From NCBI GenBank assembly GCA_963841735.1, contig CAWJDT010000001.1:32001-96000 (forward strand): a DNA stretch of 64,000 nt, given 5' to 3'. Made by a program: the position numbers and the translations under genes. Below are positions 7,289-16,591 of the stretch, piece by piece. The notes under the pieces were generated by a model. The model had not been told where the DNA came from. It saw only the letters and a list, made by a program, of their open reading frames with translations, and made no database searches. Each line of letters opens with the position of its first letter. Positions within the stretch are counted from its first letter, which is position 1. Origin of the DNA: an uncultured Actinomycetes bacterium (GTDB taxonomy: Bacteria; Actinomycetota; Thermoleophilia; RBG-16-64-13).

Positions 7289-10200
7289 TTGAGCTCCGGA
7301 CGCAGGCTGCCGGTGGTGACCCCGTCGACCTCGGTCTCGGGATCGAGCAGGTCGGCCACCTTGCGGCCCAGCTCGGCCGAGGCGAGGAGCAGCTCCTTGC
7401 TGTCGGGGAGCGGGATGCGGGGCCAGTCGAGACGAAGACCGTCGGCGTTCTCGGATAAATATGCCGGCGAGTAGCCAATTGAAAGCGAGTGAAGCCAGAC
7501 GATGTTGGGTTCATCTTCCCCGCCGCCCACAGCGCAACCTAGTCTCTTGAGATAGCCCCGGGCCCCCGGCGACGCGTTCGGACCGTTCTGAGCCTCTGCG
7601 TTGTCAGCCAGACCAAAGAGGTCGATTGGTCCATGCTCGGCGCGACGCACAGCAGGAAAGCACATGCTCGCCGACCTTATGAGGTGCATGTCTGGCAGGC
7701 ATCGGGTCACGTAGAAGGGTGTGCCTTCCCAATGACGCTCGGCCTTCTGTCGAGATGTAAGGAAGAGATTGCCCGGAGCATACTCAGCGAACAAATCTGA
7801 ACGCTTCTCATCAAGAAGCTTTGTCTCCGCGTGCCAGTAGACATACCGGTCGTCAAAGGGACGGTAGGCCGTCCTCGCGAAAGTGCCGCTCTCAACACCG
7901 CGGCCTTGCAGGTAGTGGCGAGTCTGTACTGGATCGAACCGGGCGACAGGCGTCATCAGCGCAGACAGCTGACCGGCAACCTCCTGGTCGCTGACCCCAG
8001 GGTCGAAGTAGTGCGACATCCGCTTCGTCAGGGTTTCGAGTTCGATGTCCACCAGATCAGAGTCTCTGCTCGTCTTCACTCCGGGCGAAAAGACAGGCAT
8101 CAGTTCGGTCAAGAGGGGCCACAAGAAGTACTCAGTTGATGAGGACGAAGGAAAGAACGGGATTCCCAGTTCTGGAGCAGGCGTGACTGATTGATAAGAG
8201 GCCTGGTCCGCAGCGGCAGACAAGAGTTCGTCTTTCTTGTTCACGCCCCAAAAATGTCGGAAGGACACTGAGTCGCCCCCGCCAGCACGACCTGTGCGCG
8301 TCAAGAGAGAAACCGCCGTGCCGACCTGGATTCCCTCGCGGTTGTGCGGGGTGGAGAACACGCTGGGGTCGGGCTTCCCCTCGGGCGTCAGCTTTCCCGT
8401 CTTGAAGGCGTCACCGTTCAGACAATCGATCCAAATCTTGTCGAACACCTCTAAATAGTGCTCGCGCATGCCGGTGAACGATAGACCGTCGAGCCAAGAG
8501 TAATTGGAGATGAAGCAGACGATGCCCCGTTTCGTTCCCTCAACGATCTTGCGCTCGGCCATGCGAAGGAACCGCACGTATAGGTCGTTCAGTCCTCGGC
8601 CAACAGGCGCCGGCGCCTTCTTCGTCGTGCGGTAGGCGTCGGTCAGGCCCCGCTCTTCGGCGGTCGCCATCCCTGCGTAGCCGTTATAGGGCGGATTACC
8701 CAGCACCACCAAGATGGGCAGGTCCTGTTTCACATGTTCCGCGGCGTCGCGCTCCTGCTCCAGCTCCGGCAGGCCCAGCACCTGTTGGTGGCCGTGGGGC
8801 GATTCCCAGCCGGTGAGGGCGTTGGTCAGAAACACTCCCACCCGTTCGTTCTCCTCCAGGGGCAGGTGCATATTCTGGAGCAGCAGACCCAACTGCATGT
8901 GCGCTATGACAAAAGGAGCGGGCAAGATTTCAAAGCCAAAGACGCGTTTCATGGCCGCCTTCTTGACCTCGCCCGCCACCAGGGCGTCGGCCCCCTTCTC
9001 GTCCAGGGTCTGGCTGATGCGCTCCAGCACCTCCACCAGATAGGCGCCGGTGCCGCAGCAGGGGTCCAGCACGTACACGTTGGGGTCGGCCAGGCCGTCG
9101 GGCACGCCCAACTCCTCGCGCAGCACCGTGTCCACGCGGGCCACCATGTACTCCACGATCTCCGGCGGCGTGTACCACACCCCCAGCTCCTTGCGCAGCT
9201 CGGGGTCGAACGCCTCCAGGAAGGGCTCGTAGAAATACTGGACGGCGTGATGCTTCTCGAATTTGCTGAAGAATGCTCGTCTATCTACCCGGTTGAGCGC
9301 CGCGGCCGCCAGATTCAGAACCGGCACCAGCCCCAGCGAGCCCAACCGGCTGGGAGTGGCGATCTGCTCGAAGAGGGCTTTGACCACGGGCACGCGCAGC
9401 GTCCAGGCGGCTTGGCGCCACTCGAAATGGGCGCCGTCGGTGTCGCGCCGCGGGCCGTGCCGGTGCCGCTGGGCTCGTGCTCGTGACTCCACAAGACCCA
9501 GGAGGCGAACAGGCCGTAGAAGAGGGTCTGCACCAGAGTCGAACGGAAAAAGTGCTCTCCCTTTGCCCCCTCGAACTTGACACCCAGAGTCTCTTCCATA
9601 GACCTGCGCACCGCGTCCAGCGCCGGCAGCTCGGCCGACTCGACCAGGAAGCGGGCCTCCCGCGCGTAGGAAGCCAGGAACCAGGCCAGATCTTGCGGGG
9701 TCGCGAGCGTGGCTCCGGAGAGCAGCACCCGCTTGAGAAACTCCAGGAAGCGGGCGCCCTGCTCCTTCTCGGCGTTGCGGGGATGGTTGGCCAGGGTCCA
9801 GAACTCGGCTTCGGTGGGCGCTAGCGTGTAGCTCTCGAGGGTGACCGGCTTGCCGTGCTCGTCGAGGCCCAGCAGCAGAAACTCGCGTAGGGTGGTGACC
9901 AGCACCTGCCGGTAGGCGTCCAGGTAGCCGAGCACCTGAGGCGACGCCGCCACGGTGGCGGCGTCGTGGCTGGGTGGCTTGACCTCGATGGCGCCGCGCG
10001 CGGGCTTCTGGCCGCCGAGGGCATCCAGACCCGGTGGCACGCCGGCGACCGCGCCGCCCGCGCCTTTGGCCCCTCGCGACCCGCGCAGCTGATCGGCAGT
10101 GAACAGCCCGCCGTCGGGCAGACCGGCGCCGTGGTTCTTGAGGTTCATGAGGCAGCGGACCTTGGGCTTCAGCCCTCCGCCGACTTCCTCCAGCAGTTGC

Positions 10201-10292
10201 CGCAGCGCAGGGTAGTACGAAAGCTCCGAGACGCCCTCACCCGCAAGCCGTATATCGCGCACATCGCTTAGGAAGTTCTCAAGGATCCCCAA
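6789..10292 (-). CDS. Single-chain restriction-modification enzyme (PD-(D/E)XK nuclease + N6-adenine MTase + Type ISP-like specificity domain); two frameshifts
   Basis: PDGG...AIEVK nuclease; GVWYTPPEIV, VLDPCCGTG and GNPPY MTase motifs; C-terminal WPRIPLP...IGGYQVMKKWLSYR. Frame changes near 9450 and 7165. Confidence 0.85.
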
Positions 10293-10528
10293 CTGCCACC
10301 CCTCATTGAGCCTGGACTTCCGTCCATGATAGTACGAAAGGCGGACGGCAACGGTGCGGAGCCAGGCTGCAACCAACGACGGACGGGCAAAAGCGCGGAA
10401 GCCAGCGAAACTGAGACCTCGGCCAGGCCGTCACGGGGCGCGACCGGGCCGGTTTGGGAGTCTCGACTCGGAAGGACAGTGGTGCTAGAATGACGCCAGT
10501 ACAGAACCCATTCCGAACTGAGGCTGTC

Positions 10529-10774
10529 ATGTCGGTGAGCCTGTCCATCAAGGATGTGCCCGAAGAGACCCTCCACCGGCTCCGCACACGAGCAGAGCGG
10601 AATCACCGGTCGCTTCAGAAGGAGCTTCTAGCCATCGTCGAAGCGGCCGCGTTCGGCGACGAGGAATCGCCACTGACGGTGGACGAGCTGGCCGAGTACG
10701 CCAAGACCCTCGGTCTCTCACCATCAGTCGATTCCACGACGTTGATCAGGGAAATGCGCGATGGACGCTACTAA
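10529..10774 (+). CDS. FitA/Arc-like ribbon-helix-helix antitoxin (VapB)
   Basis: LSIKDVPEETLHRLRTRAERNHRSLQKEL; ends ..STTLIREMRD; overlaps the PIN gene. Upstream TCGACT-N17-TAGAAT promoter candidate. Confidence 0.85.
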   Translation: MSVSLSIKDVPEETLHRLRTRAERNHRSLQKELLAIVEAAAFGDEESPLTVDELAEYAKTLGLSPSVDSTTLIREMRDGRY

Positions 10775-11171
10775 GGCGGTTGTCTGCGACGCCTCGGTGC
10801 TCGCCGCGATCGCGTTTGAGGAGCACAACTCGACCGAGGCACGAGCGCTGACACGCTCGAGGCGACTATTGGCCCCCTCGCTTTTGAAGTACGAGATGGC
10901 GCAGGTGGCAGTCACCAAGTGCACGCTGAACCCGCATGATGCTTCCGGCATCATGCGGGCCTTCGCCTCAAGCCTCAGAGTGCCGGTGAGGCTCCTCATG
11001 CCCTCCTGGCCCGCGGTAGTCGAACTCGCCCGCGCTCACGGACTCTCTGCCTACGACGCTTGCTACCTGCAGCTCGCCTTGGAATTGCGCCTCCGCCTGG
11101 CCACACTCGACGCGCGCCTCGGTCGGGTGGCCGAAACTCTTGGGTTCAAGGCGGTGCCGCGCGCCGACTGA
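10761..11171 (+). CDS. vapC: VapC PIN-domain toxin
   Basis: VVCDASVL, APSLLKYE, GLSAYDACYLQLA...LATLDARL. Confidence 0.9.
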   Translation: MDATKAVVCDASVLAAIAFEEHNSTEARALTRSRRLLAPSLLKYEMAQVAVTKCTLNPHDASGIMRAFASSLRVPVRLLMPSWPAVVELARAHGLSAYDACYLQLALELRLRLATLDARLGRVAETLGFKAVPRAD

Positions 11172-11365
11172 GGTCGCCCCCCCACTGTGGGCGCCCGCAC
11201 CGCGCTGCCGAACGGCCCTTTCCTGGGGCTTCAGCCTCTTGGTAAAAGCCCTTTACTAAGTGCGGTTCTATTGACTATTCTCATCGTAGTCAAGCGCACT
11301 GCGCCGCGACTTCGGCCGCCGATGCCTACGGGCCGGAGGTCGGTGCTTGTTGAGAGGAGAGGGTG

Positions 11366-12790
11366 ATGGCAGAACCGCTGTCGACCGGGTGGCACTACGT
11401 CAAGAGCGGCGCGGCGACAAACCAGCAAGTGGGCCCGCTGACCTGGGAGCAGCTCCACGATCTGCGCTCGTCCGGCCAGTTGCAGCCTGCCGACCTGGTC
11501 TGGCATCCAACCATGCCCCAATGGCTACCCGCCATCCAGGTGACCGGGCTCTATCCGCCCGCGCCGCCATCCCCCGTCTATCAGCAGACGCCTTACCCAC
11601 AGGCCTGGCAACCCCCACAACAGGGCTACGGCGGCTATCCCCCGGCCGCGCAGAAACGCGCGAGCATCGCGCCCTGGCTGATTCCGCTCATCGCACTCAT
11701 ACTTGTCGGAGGCGGCCTGGGAGCGTACTTCGGGGTTTGGTACCACAAGGGCGGCCCCGTAAGCGCCTCTGAACTCGCGGGCATCTGGGAGGGCACCCTC
11801 AAATACGAGTCGCTCGACCTCAAGGACGCGTCCCAAGAAGACCTGGCCCTCCGCGACGCGACGCTGGGCAAGGAGATTCCCGCGACTCTAACCCTGAACT
11901 TGGACGGGTACTCCAACGGCACCGCCGCCACCGAGTTGGCCCAGCGCATGACGGTGGGCGAGAAGAAGGGCAGCGGCACCGCGGAACTAGTGGGGTCCGT
12001 GGCCGAGGATCAAGAGATCAGCGGCACCGCTGTGCTGACCATGGATCTAACGGTCGTCGACGAGAGCTACGGGGAAGTCAGCGACAACATGTCTTTCACC
12101 TACTCCGGGAACAAGCTCACCTTCCAGTCCGAGGACCTGGAGAGCGGCAGAGAAACAGTGACTGCCACAGTCTCCCGCAACGGCGACCTGCTCTCCATGA
12201 AGGGCACCATGACTTTTGAAGACGAGACCGGCTCGGGCAGAGCTGGTTGGACGGTCTCAAAGGAGAGCCCGGCCACCGATTCGAGCGATCCGACCGATTG
12301 GCCCGACACCACCGACAGCGGCGGTGGGGGCGACGACACCGGCGGCGGGACCGCGGCCACCGACGCCGACGACACCGGCACGATCGCGCCTACCGACCTG
12401 AATGGCACCTGGAACGGCACCCTGACAGTCACGTCGTTCACCGGCGATCCGTGGGCAGCTAGAGGACTCACCGCGGCGCTTCTCGGTACGCTCACCGGCC
12501 TGCCTATCCCCGTGACCATGAACATAACCGCGGATGAGAGCGGCAGCGGCAATGGTCAGATGGTCGTGTCCGCGACCGCCCTCGGCGCGGCCTTCGACAT
12601 CGGCACGGCCGACATGCCCCTCACCACCTCGGGAACAACCCTGACCTTCCAGCCCGAATCCTGGCCGTGGGGGGTTCCGACGATGACCGGCGAAGTCACC
12701 CAGGCGGGCGGCGCTCTCATGATCGAAGGGACCTTCTCCTACGAATCCGCGGCCAGTACCTTCGACGCCGTCTTCAACCTGACCAAGTAG
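11366..12790 (+). CDS. GYF_2 (DUF4339) domain single-pass membrane protein with repeated extracellular beta domain
   Basis: WHY...QVGPLTWEQL...DLVWHPTMPQWLP; Pro/Gln linker; TM helix; two repeats starting ELAGIWEGTL and DLNGTWNGTL. Confidence 0.7.
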   Translation: MAEPLSTGWHYVKSGAATNQQVGPLTWEQLHDLRSSGQLQPADLVWHPTMPQWLPAIQVTGLYPPAPPSPVYQQTPYPQAWQPPQQGYGGYPPAAQKRASIAPWLIPLIALILVGGGLGAYFGVWYHKGGPVSASELAGIWEGTLKYESLDLKDASQEDLALRDATLGKEIPATLTLNLDGYSNGTAATELAQRMTVGEKKGSGTAELVGSVAEDQEISGTAVLTMDLTVVDESYGEVSDNMSFTYSGNKLTFQSEDLESGRETVTATVSRNGDLLSMKGTMTFEDETGSGRAGWTVSKESPATDSSDPTDWPDTTDSGGGGDDTGGGTAATDADDTGTIAPTDLNGTWNGTLTVTSFTGDPWAARGLTAALLGTLTGLPIPVTMNITADESGSGNGQMVVSATALGAAFDIGTADMPLTTSGTTLTFQPESWPWGVPTMTGEVTQAGGALMIEGTFSYESAASTFDAVFNLTK

Positions 12791-12830
12791 GCGCCTGCTC
12801 GACACCAGGGGCCGCTAGTGCCCGTGATAT

Positions 12831-13595
12831 CTAGTGCCCGTGATAGGCCAGGGTCTGCGTCAGCACCTGCTCGACCTCTGCGGCCGCCCGATCGTCGATA
12901 TCCATACGCTCAAGCTCAGCTAGAGGGTTGGCAAGGAGTACCCGGAGCGTCGCCACGGCGCCCGCGCTAAGGGGGAAGCATGAGAAGGCTCCTGATTGCC
13001 CATCTCGGGATGAATCGGCGCCGCTCGACCCACCACCCCCGTTCGCGCACGAATCGCACACCATCCCGCCCAGACTGGGTGAATAGCCGTAGAGCGACTC
13101 TTCATCGCCACAACCCGCGCAGTGCGACACCTCCGGCGCGTAGCCGAGCAGGGTGAGTAGCTTGAGCCGAGTCGCCAGCACCACACCGGCCGCCGTGACC
13201 GCATCGGGGCTGTCGGCCACACAGGCGATGCCCCGCACCAGCAGGTTGAAAGCGGGAGCGCTCCCCTCCTCGGCCGGGAAAAGGTGGCGGATAGCCGCGA
13301 ACAGCCGCGCGCCCTCCTCCATGCGGAAGAGCTGGTCGCGTACGCCCTGGAAGGTGCGGAGAGTGTCTACCCCCACCACCGTGTAGAGGGTGCCCCGTCC
13401 GGAATGGAGACTGGCCCGCACCAGACTGAACGGCTCCAGCCGTCCCCCGGTCTTGGACTTGGTGCGTCGCACCCCTTTGGCGATCGCGCCGAGGCGGCCG
13501 CGATCGCGCGTATACAGGGTGACGATGCGGTCGGCCTCCTTGTAGCGCATGGAGCCGATCACCAAGGCCTCAGTGGTGAAGAAACGGGAGCTCAT
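12831..13595 (-). CDS. recO: DNA repair protein RecO
   Basis: EADRIVTLYTRDRGRLGAIAKGVRRTKSK; CAGC...CDSC zinc finger. Confidence 0.95.
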   Translation of the reverse strand: MSSRFFTTEALVIGSMRYKEADRIVTLYTRDRGRLGAIAKGVRRTKSKTGGRLEPFSLVRASLHSGRGTLYTVVGVDTLRTFQGVRDQLFRMEEGARLFAAIRHLFPAEEGSAPAFNLLVRGIACVADSPDAVTAAGVVLATRLKLLTLLGYAPEVSHCAGCGDEESLYGYSPSLGGMVCDSCANGGGGSSGADSSRDGQSGAFSCFPLSAGAVATLRVLLANPLAELERMDIDDRAAAEVEQVLTQTLAYHGH

Positions 13596-13654
13596 GTCAG
13601 CGCCTCACCAGTCTCTTCGCCGTTGGCCTAGCCGTCGGCTCCGCCGGCCACCCG

Positions 13655-14350
13655 TCAGACCCTGTCGGAGGAGAACTCCTTGATGATATCCACCGCGTGG
13701 GACGTACCTATGCGGGCGGCCCCGGCGTTGATCATCAGCTCGGCGTCCTCGGCGGTGTTGATGCCTCCCGACGCGTCCACCCCCACGCTCTCCGGAAGGA
13801 GATCGCGGAACAACTCCACATCTTTGGCCGTGGCGCCGCCGGGAGCAAAGCCGGTTGACGTCTTGATGAAGTCGGCTCCCGAGTCTTCCACGATCTTGCA
13901 CACCAGGCGCTTGAGCTTATCGTCGAGGTAGTAGGCCTCCACGTTGGCCTTCACCAGCACCAAGCCCCGCCCGGTGTTGACGCTGGTCATGCGCACGGTA
14001 CGCACCACTCCGCGCAACTCGTCGCGCACGTAGCGGAAGTCGCCCGAGAGCATGGCCGCGGTGTTCAGAATCACGTCGATCTCATCGGCTCCCAATGCCA
14101 CCGCCTGCTCCGCACCGGTGATCTTGGTGCGTTGCGAGTCGGCCCCCAGGGGATATGAGACGACGGTGCCCACCTTGACGTCGTAGCCCTGAAGCAGCTG
14201 CCGGGCCACCGGCACACTGTAGGGCAAGACACAGACCGATGCGAAATGATATGAGATAGCATCGCGGCACAGAGCCTCGACGGCCGTCGTCGTACTGGCG
14301 GCTTCGAGAAGCGTGCTATCGATGGTCTTGGCTAGTTCTTCTACCCTCAC
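13655..14350 (-). CDS. deoC: Deoxyribose-phosphate aldolase homologue (second lysine replaced)
   Basis: GADEIDV, ADFIKTSTGF, GAARIGTS; reads VDASGG where VKASGG is canonical. Confidence 0.85.
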   Translation of the reverse strand: MRVEELAKTIDSTLLEAASTTTAVEALCRDAISYHFASVCVLPYSVPVARQLLQGYDVKVGTVVSYPLGADSQRTKITGAEQAVALGADEIDVILNTAAMLSGDFRYVRDELRGVVRTVRMTSVNTGRGLVLVKANVEAYYLDDKLKRLVCKIVEDSGADFIKTSTGFAPGGATAKDVELFRDLLPESVGVDASGGINTAEDAELMINAGAARIGTSHAVDIIKEFSSDRV

Positions 14351-14378
14351 GGCCTACTGGACCTCCTTCGTAGGCTTT

Positions 14379-14897
14379 CTATAATACACTGCCCTGCAAG
14401 CCCTCCCCGCCAAAGCGCCAACGAAGGATATGCCGGTCTTCGCCCTGGCCGTAGAAAGCATGGACAAACGTCTCTTCCACAAACCCCGTACTCCGATAAA
14501 GCTGCAGCGCTCGTTGGTTGGTGGGAGCTACCGTCAACACGAAACCCGAGCCGCCCATCAGCCTGATCTCCTCTGCCAGAGCCAACAAGAACGCCCTGCC
14601 CAGCCCGCGACCCTGCCAGCTCGGCCTGATGTAGATGCCCACCACGTAGAAGAACCCAGGCTCATCGAACATCCGCAGCAATTGACAGCCGCCCACGAGC
14701 TCGCCGTACACGTGTGCCAGGTATACGCCCCCGGCCTGAGCCATCACAGCCAAATCGTAGGTCCTCAGGCCGGACGATCCGAAAGCCTCGAGATCGTACT
14801 TCTCCAGCGTCACCAGCAGGTCATGGTCAGGACGTGACACCCTAGCGATGGTGAATCCCTCATCCGAGACAGACGGTTCGGCCTGGTGCGGCCTCAC
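14379..14897 (-). CDS. GNAT-family N-acetyltransferase
   Basis: IRPSWQGRGLG acetyl-CoA motif; LTVAPTNQRALQLY..GF. Start uncertain. Confidence 0.8.
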   Translation of the reverse strand: MRPHQAEPSVSDEGFTIARVSRPDHDLLVTLEKYDLEAFGSSGLRTYDLAVMAQAGGVYLAHVYGELVGGCQLLRMFDEPGFFYVVGIYIRPSWQGRGLGRAFLLALAEEIRLMGGSGFVLTVAPTNQRALQLYRSTGFVEETFVHAFYGQGEDRHILRWRFGGEGLQGSVL

Positions 14898-14907
14898 TCC
14901 GATGCCC

Positions 14908-15291
14908 TCACTCGACCGCTGCGATCTCGGACAAGGGGAGCATTACCCAGCGTCCCCTTTGCTTGAACACTATCTGCAGATCGGGGTCCACCCCGGCCAG
15001 GATGCAGCATGACTCCGCGCTGGGCAAAACAGTGCCGGCGGGGTCGGCCGGGACAGTCACCGCGGCAGCCAGGATCTCTTCGCCGCCCGCCTCTTGTGCC
15101 GCGGCCAGCGCCATCTCGGCCGCCGCCACGCTGCACGAGCCCGACTCTGAATGCCCCACGTACACAGAGTCGGCGGCGGTCAACAGCGCCACGCCTTCGG
15201 CCCGCTCTACCTCCGGCCCCGCGCGCCGCGCGGCGGCCTTGGCCTCATCGATCAACCGGCCGAGCCGGGGAGAAAGCCTGTCTACGTCCAC
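14908..15291 (-). CDS. Cytidine deaminase-like protein lacking Zn ligands
   Basis: Cdd-like layout (GVALLT...VYVG...AAE.AL..A...I.A.AV...P) in the usual dgkA-cdd position. Confidence 0.6.
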   Translation of the reverse strand: MDVDRLSPRLGRLIDEAKAAARRAGPEVERAEGVALLTAADSVYVGHSESGSCSVAAAEMALAAAQEAGGEEILAAAVTVPADPAGTVLPSAESCCILAGVDPDLQIVFKQRGRWVMLPLSEIAAVE

Positions 15292-15314
15292 GCCTGCCTC
15301 CTACTCCGCATCCA

Positions 15315-16067
15315 CTAGAACGCCAGCTGAAAGATCAGCGTGGTGACCAGGATCCCCAGCAAGGCCCCGAGCAGAACCTCCAACCACGAATGGATGCCGG
15401 TCTCCACCCGGCTCTGGGCCACCAGAGCCGCCATCCCCAGCACGATAAGACTCACAAGGAGGCCCTCCCGGGTCTTTCCGACAACAAAAGTCACCACCGT
15501 CCAACCAGCGAAGGCAAGAGCGGCATGACCGGAGGGGAGACCGCCGGATAGGGGCGTGCCCTTCTTGCGGGTGGCCTTGATGGCTATGACCGCCGCCAAG
15601 ACCACGGCCAGGGTGGCGAGCGTCAGATGGATAGGCGAGTGGCGGATGGCGGATAGCACACGCAGCGACCTGTTTGTCAGACGGTCGGCCAGCACAAGAT
15701 ATGCCACCGCCATGGCGTTAACGGCAGCCACCAGCACGGCGCCGGCCGCCAGATCCTTGGCCGCCTTCGCCCGTGGGTCGAAGCGATCGGTGAGCAGATC
15801 CACCACTGCCTCCACCGCACTGTTGACCAACTCCATCACCAGGACGAACGTGATGGCCACCAGAATGGCGACCATCTCAAGCCGGGTCACGTTCAGAAGA
15901 ATGCTGGCGAGCAGAACCCCCACGGCGACCGCCAGGTGGATGCGCATGTTGCGCTGGTGCCTCACGCAGTGGACCAGACCCACAAAGGCATGGTTGAAGC
16001 TCTGCATCAGGGAGGTCCGGCCCACGATCCTTTCGTCCGGCTCGGCCGCTTCATCCGTATTGGCCAA
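15315..16067 (-). CDS. dgkA: Diacylglycerol/undecaprenol kinase fused to PAP2 phosphatase
   Basis: SFNHAF.GL, ELVNSAVEAVVD, AKDLAAGAVL; PAP2 motifs PSGHAA and QSRVETGIH. Confidence 0.9.
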   Translation of the reverse strand: MANTDEAAEPDERIVGRTSLMQSFNHAFVGLVHCVRHQRNMRIHLAVAVGVLLASILLNVTRLEMVAILVAITFVLVMELVNSAVEAVVDLLTDRFDPRAKAAKDLAAGAVLVAAVNAMAVAYLVLADRLTNRSLRVLSAIRHSPIHLTLATLAVVLAAVIAIKATRKKGTPLSGGLPSGHAALAFAGWTVVTFVVGKTREGLLVSLIVLGMAALVAQSRVETGIHSWLEVLLGALLGILVTTLIFQLAF

Positions 16068-16104
16068 GTGCTTGGGCTTCCTCTTAGGCCACCAGCGCAC
16101 TGAG

Positions 16105-16591
16105 TCAGCCCCCCATCGCCGCGGCAACCACCAGCACTGACTCTTCCAGCTCAAGCAGAAGCTCCTGCTCGCGCAGGCGCATCTCTCCGTCGTCGGCCTC
16201 ATGGTCATAGCCCACCAGATGGAGGACACCGTGCACTACTGTCCAGGCAAACCGGCGACCGGCATCGTCGCCCTCCTGTTCCGAGTAGCGGCGCACCACG
16301 ACCGGGCACACGGCTATCTCTCCCACCTGGCCCCCCTCTTCCTCGCCGGGCCATGTGGAAAAGCCAGGCCTGGCCGCCTCGCCGGCATAACGGAAAGAGA
16401 GCACGTCGGTCGGCCCGCTATGCCCCCGGTAGCGCCTATTCAGACTGGGCGATCGTCTCCTCGTCGACGAACGCGACGACCACAGACCCCCCCACCTTCT
16501 CAGCCGCCATGGCAGCCCTCACGAGACCGGCGACCGGAGCCTCGAGTGCCGCGAGTCCGGGGAGAGCAACCACCTCCACCTCAGGGTCCAC
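16105..16591 (-). CDS. ybeY: rRNA maturation endoribonuclease YbeY (frameshifted)
   Basis: HGVLHLVGYDH; LNRRYRG..GPTDVLSF after a frame change near 16440. Confidence 0.9.
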
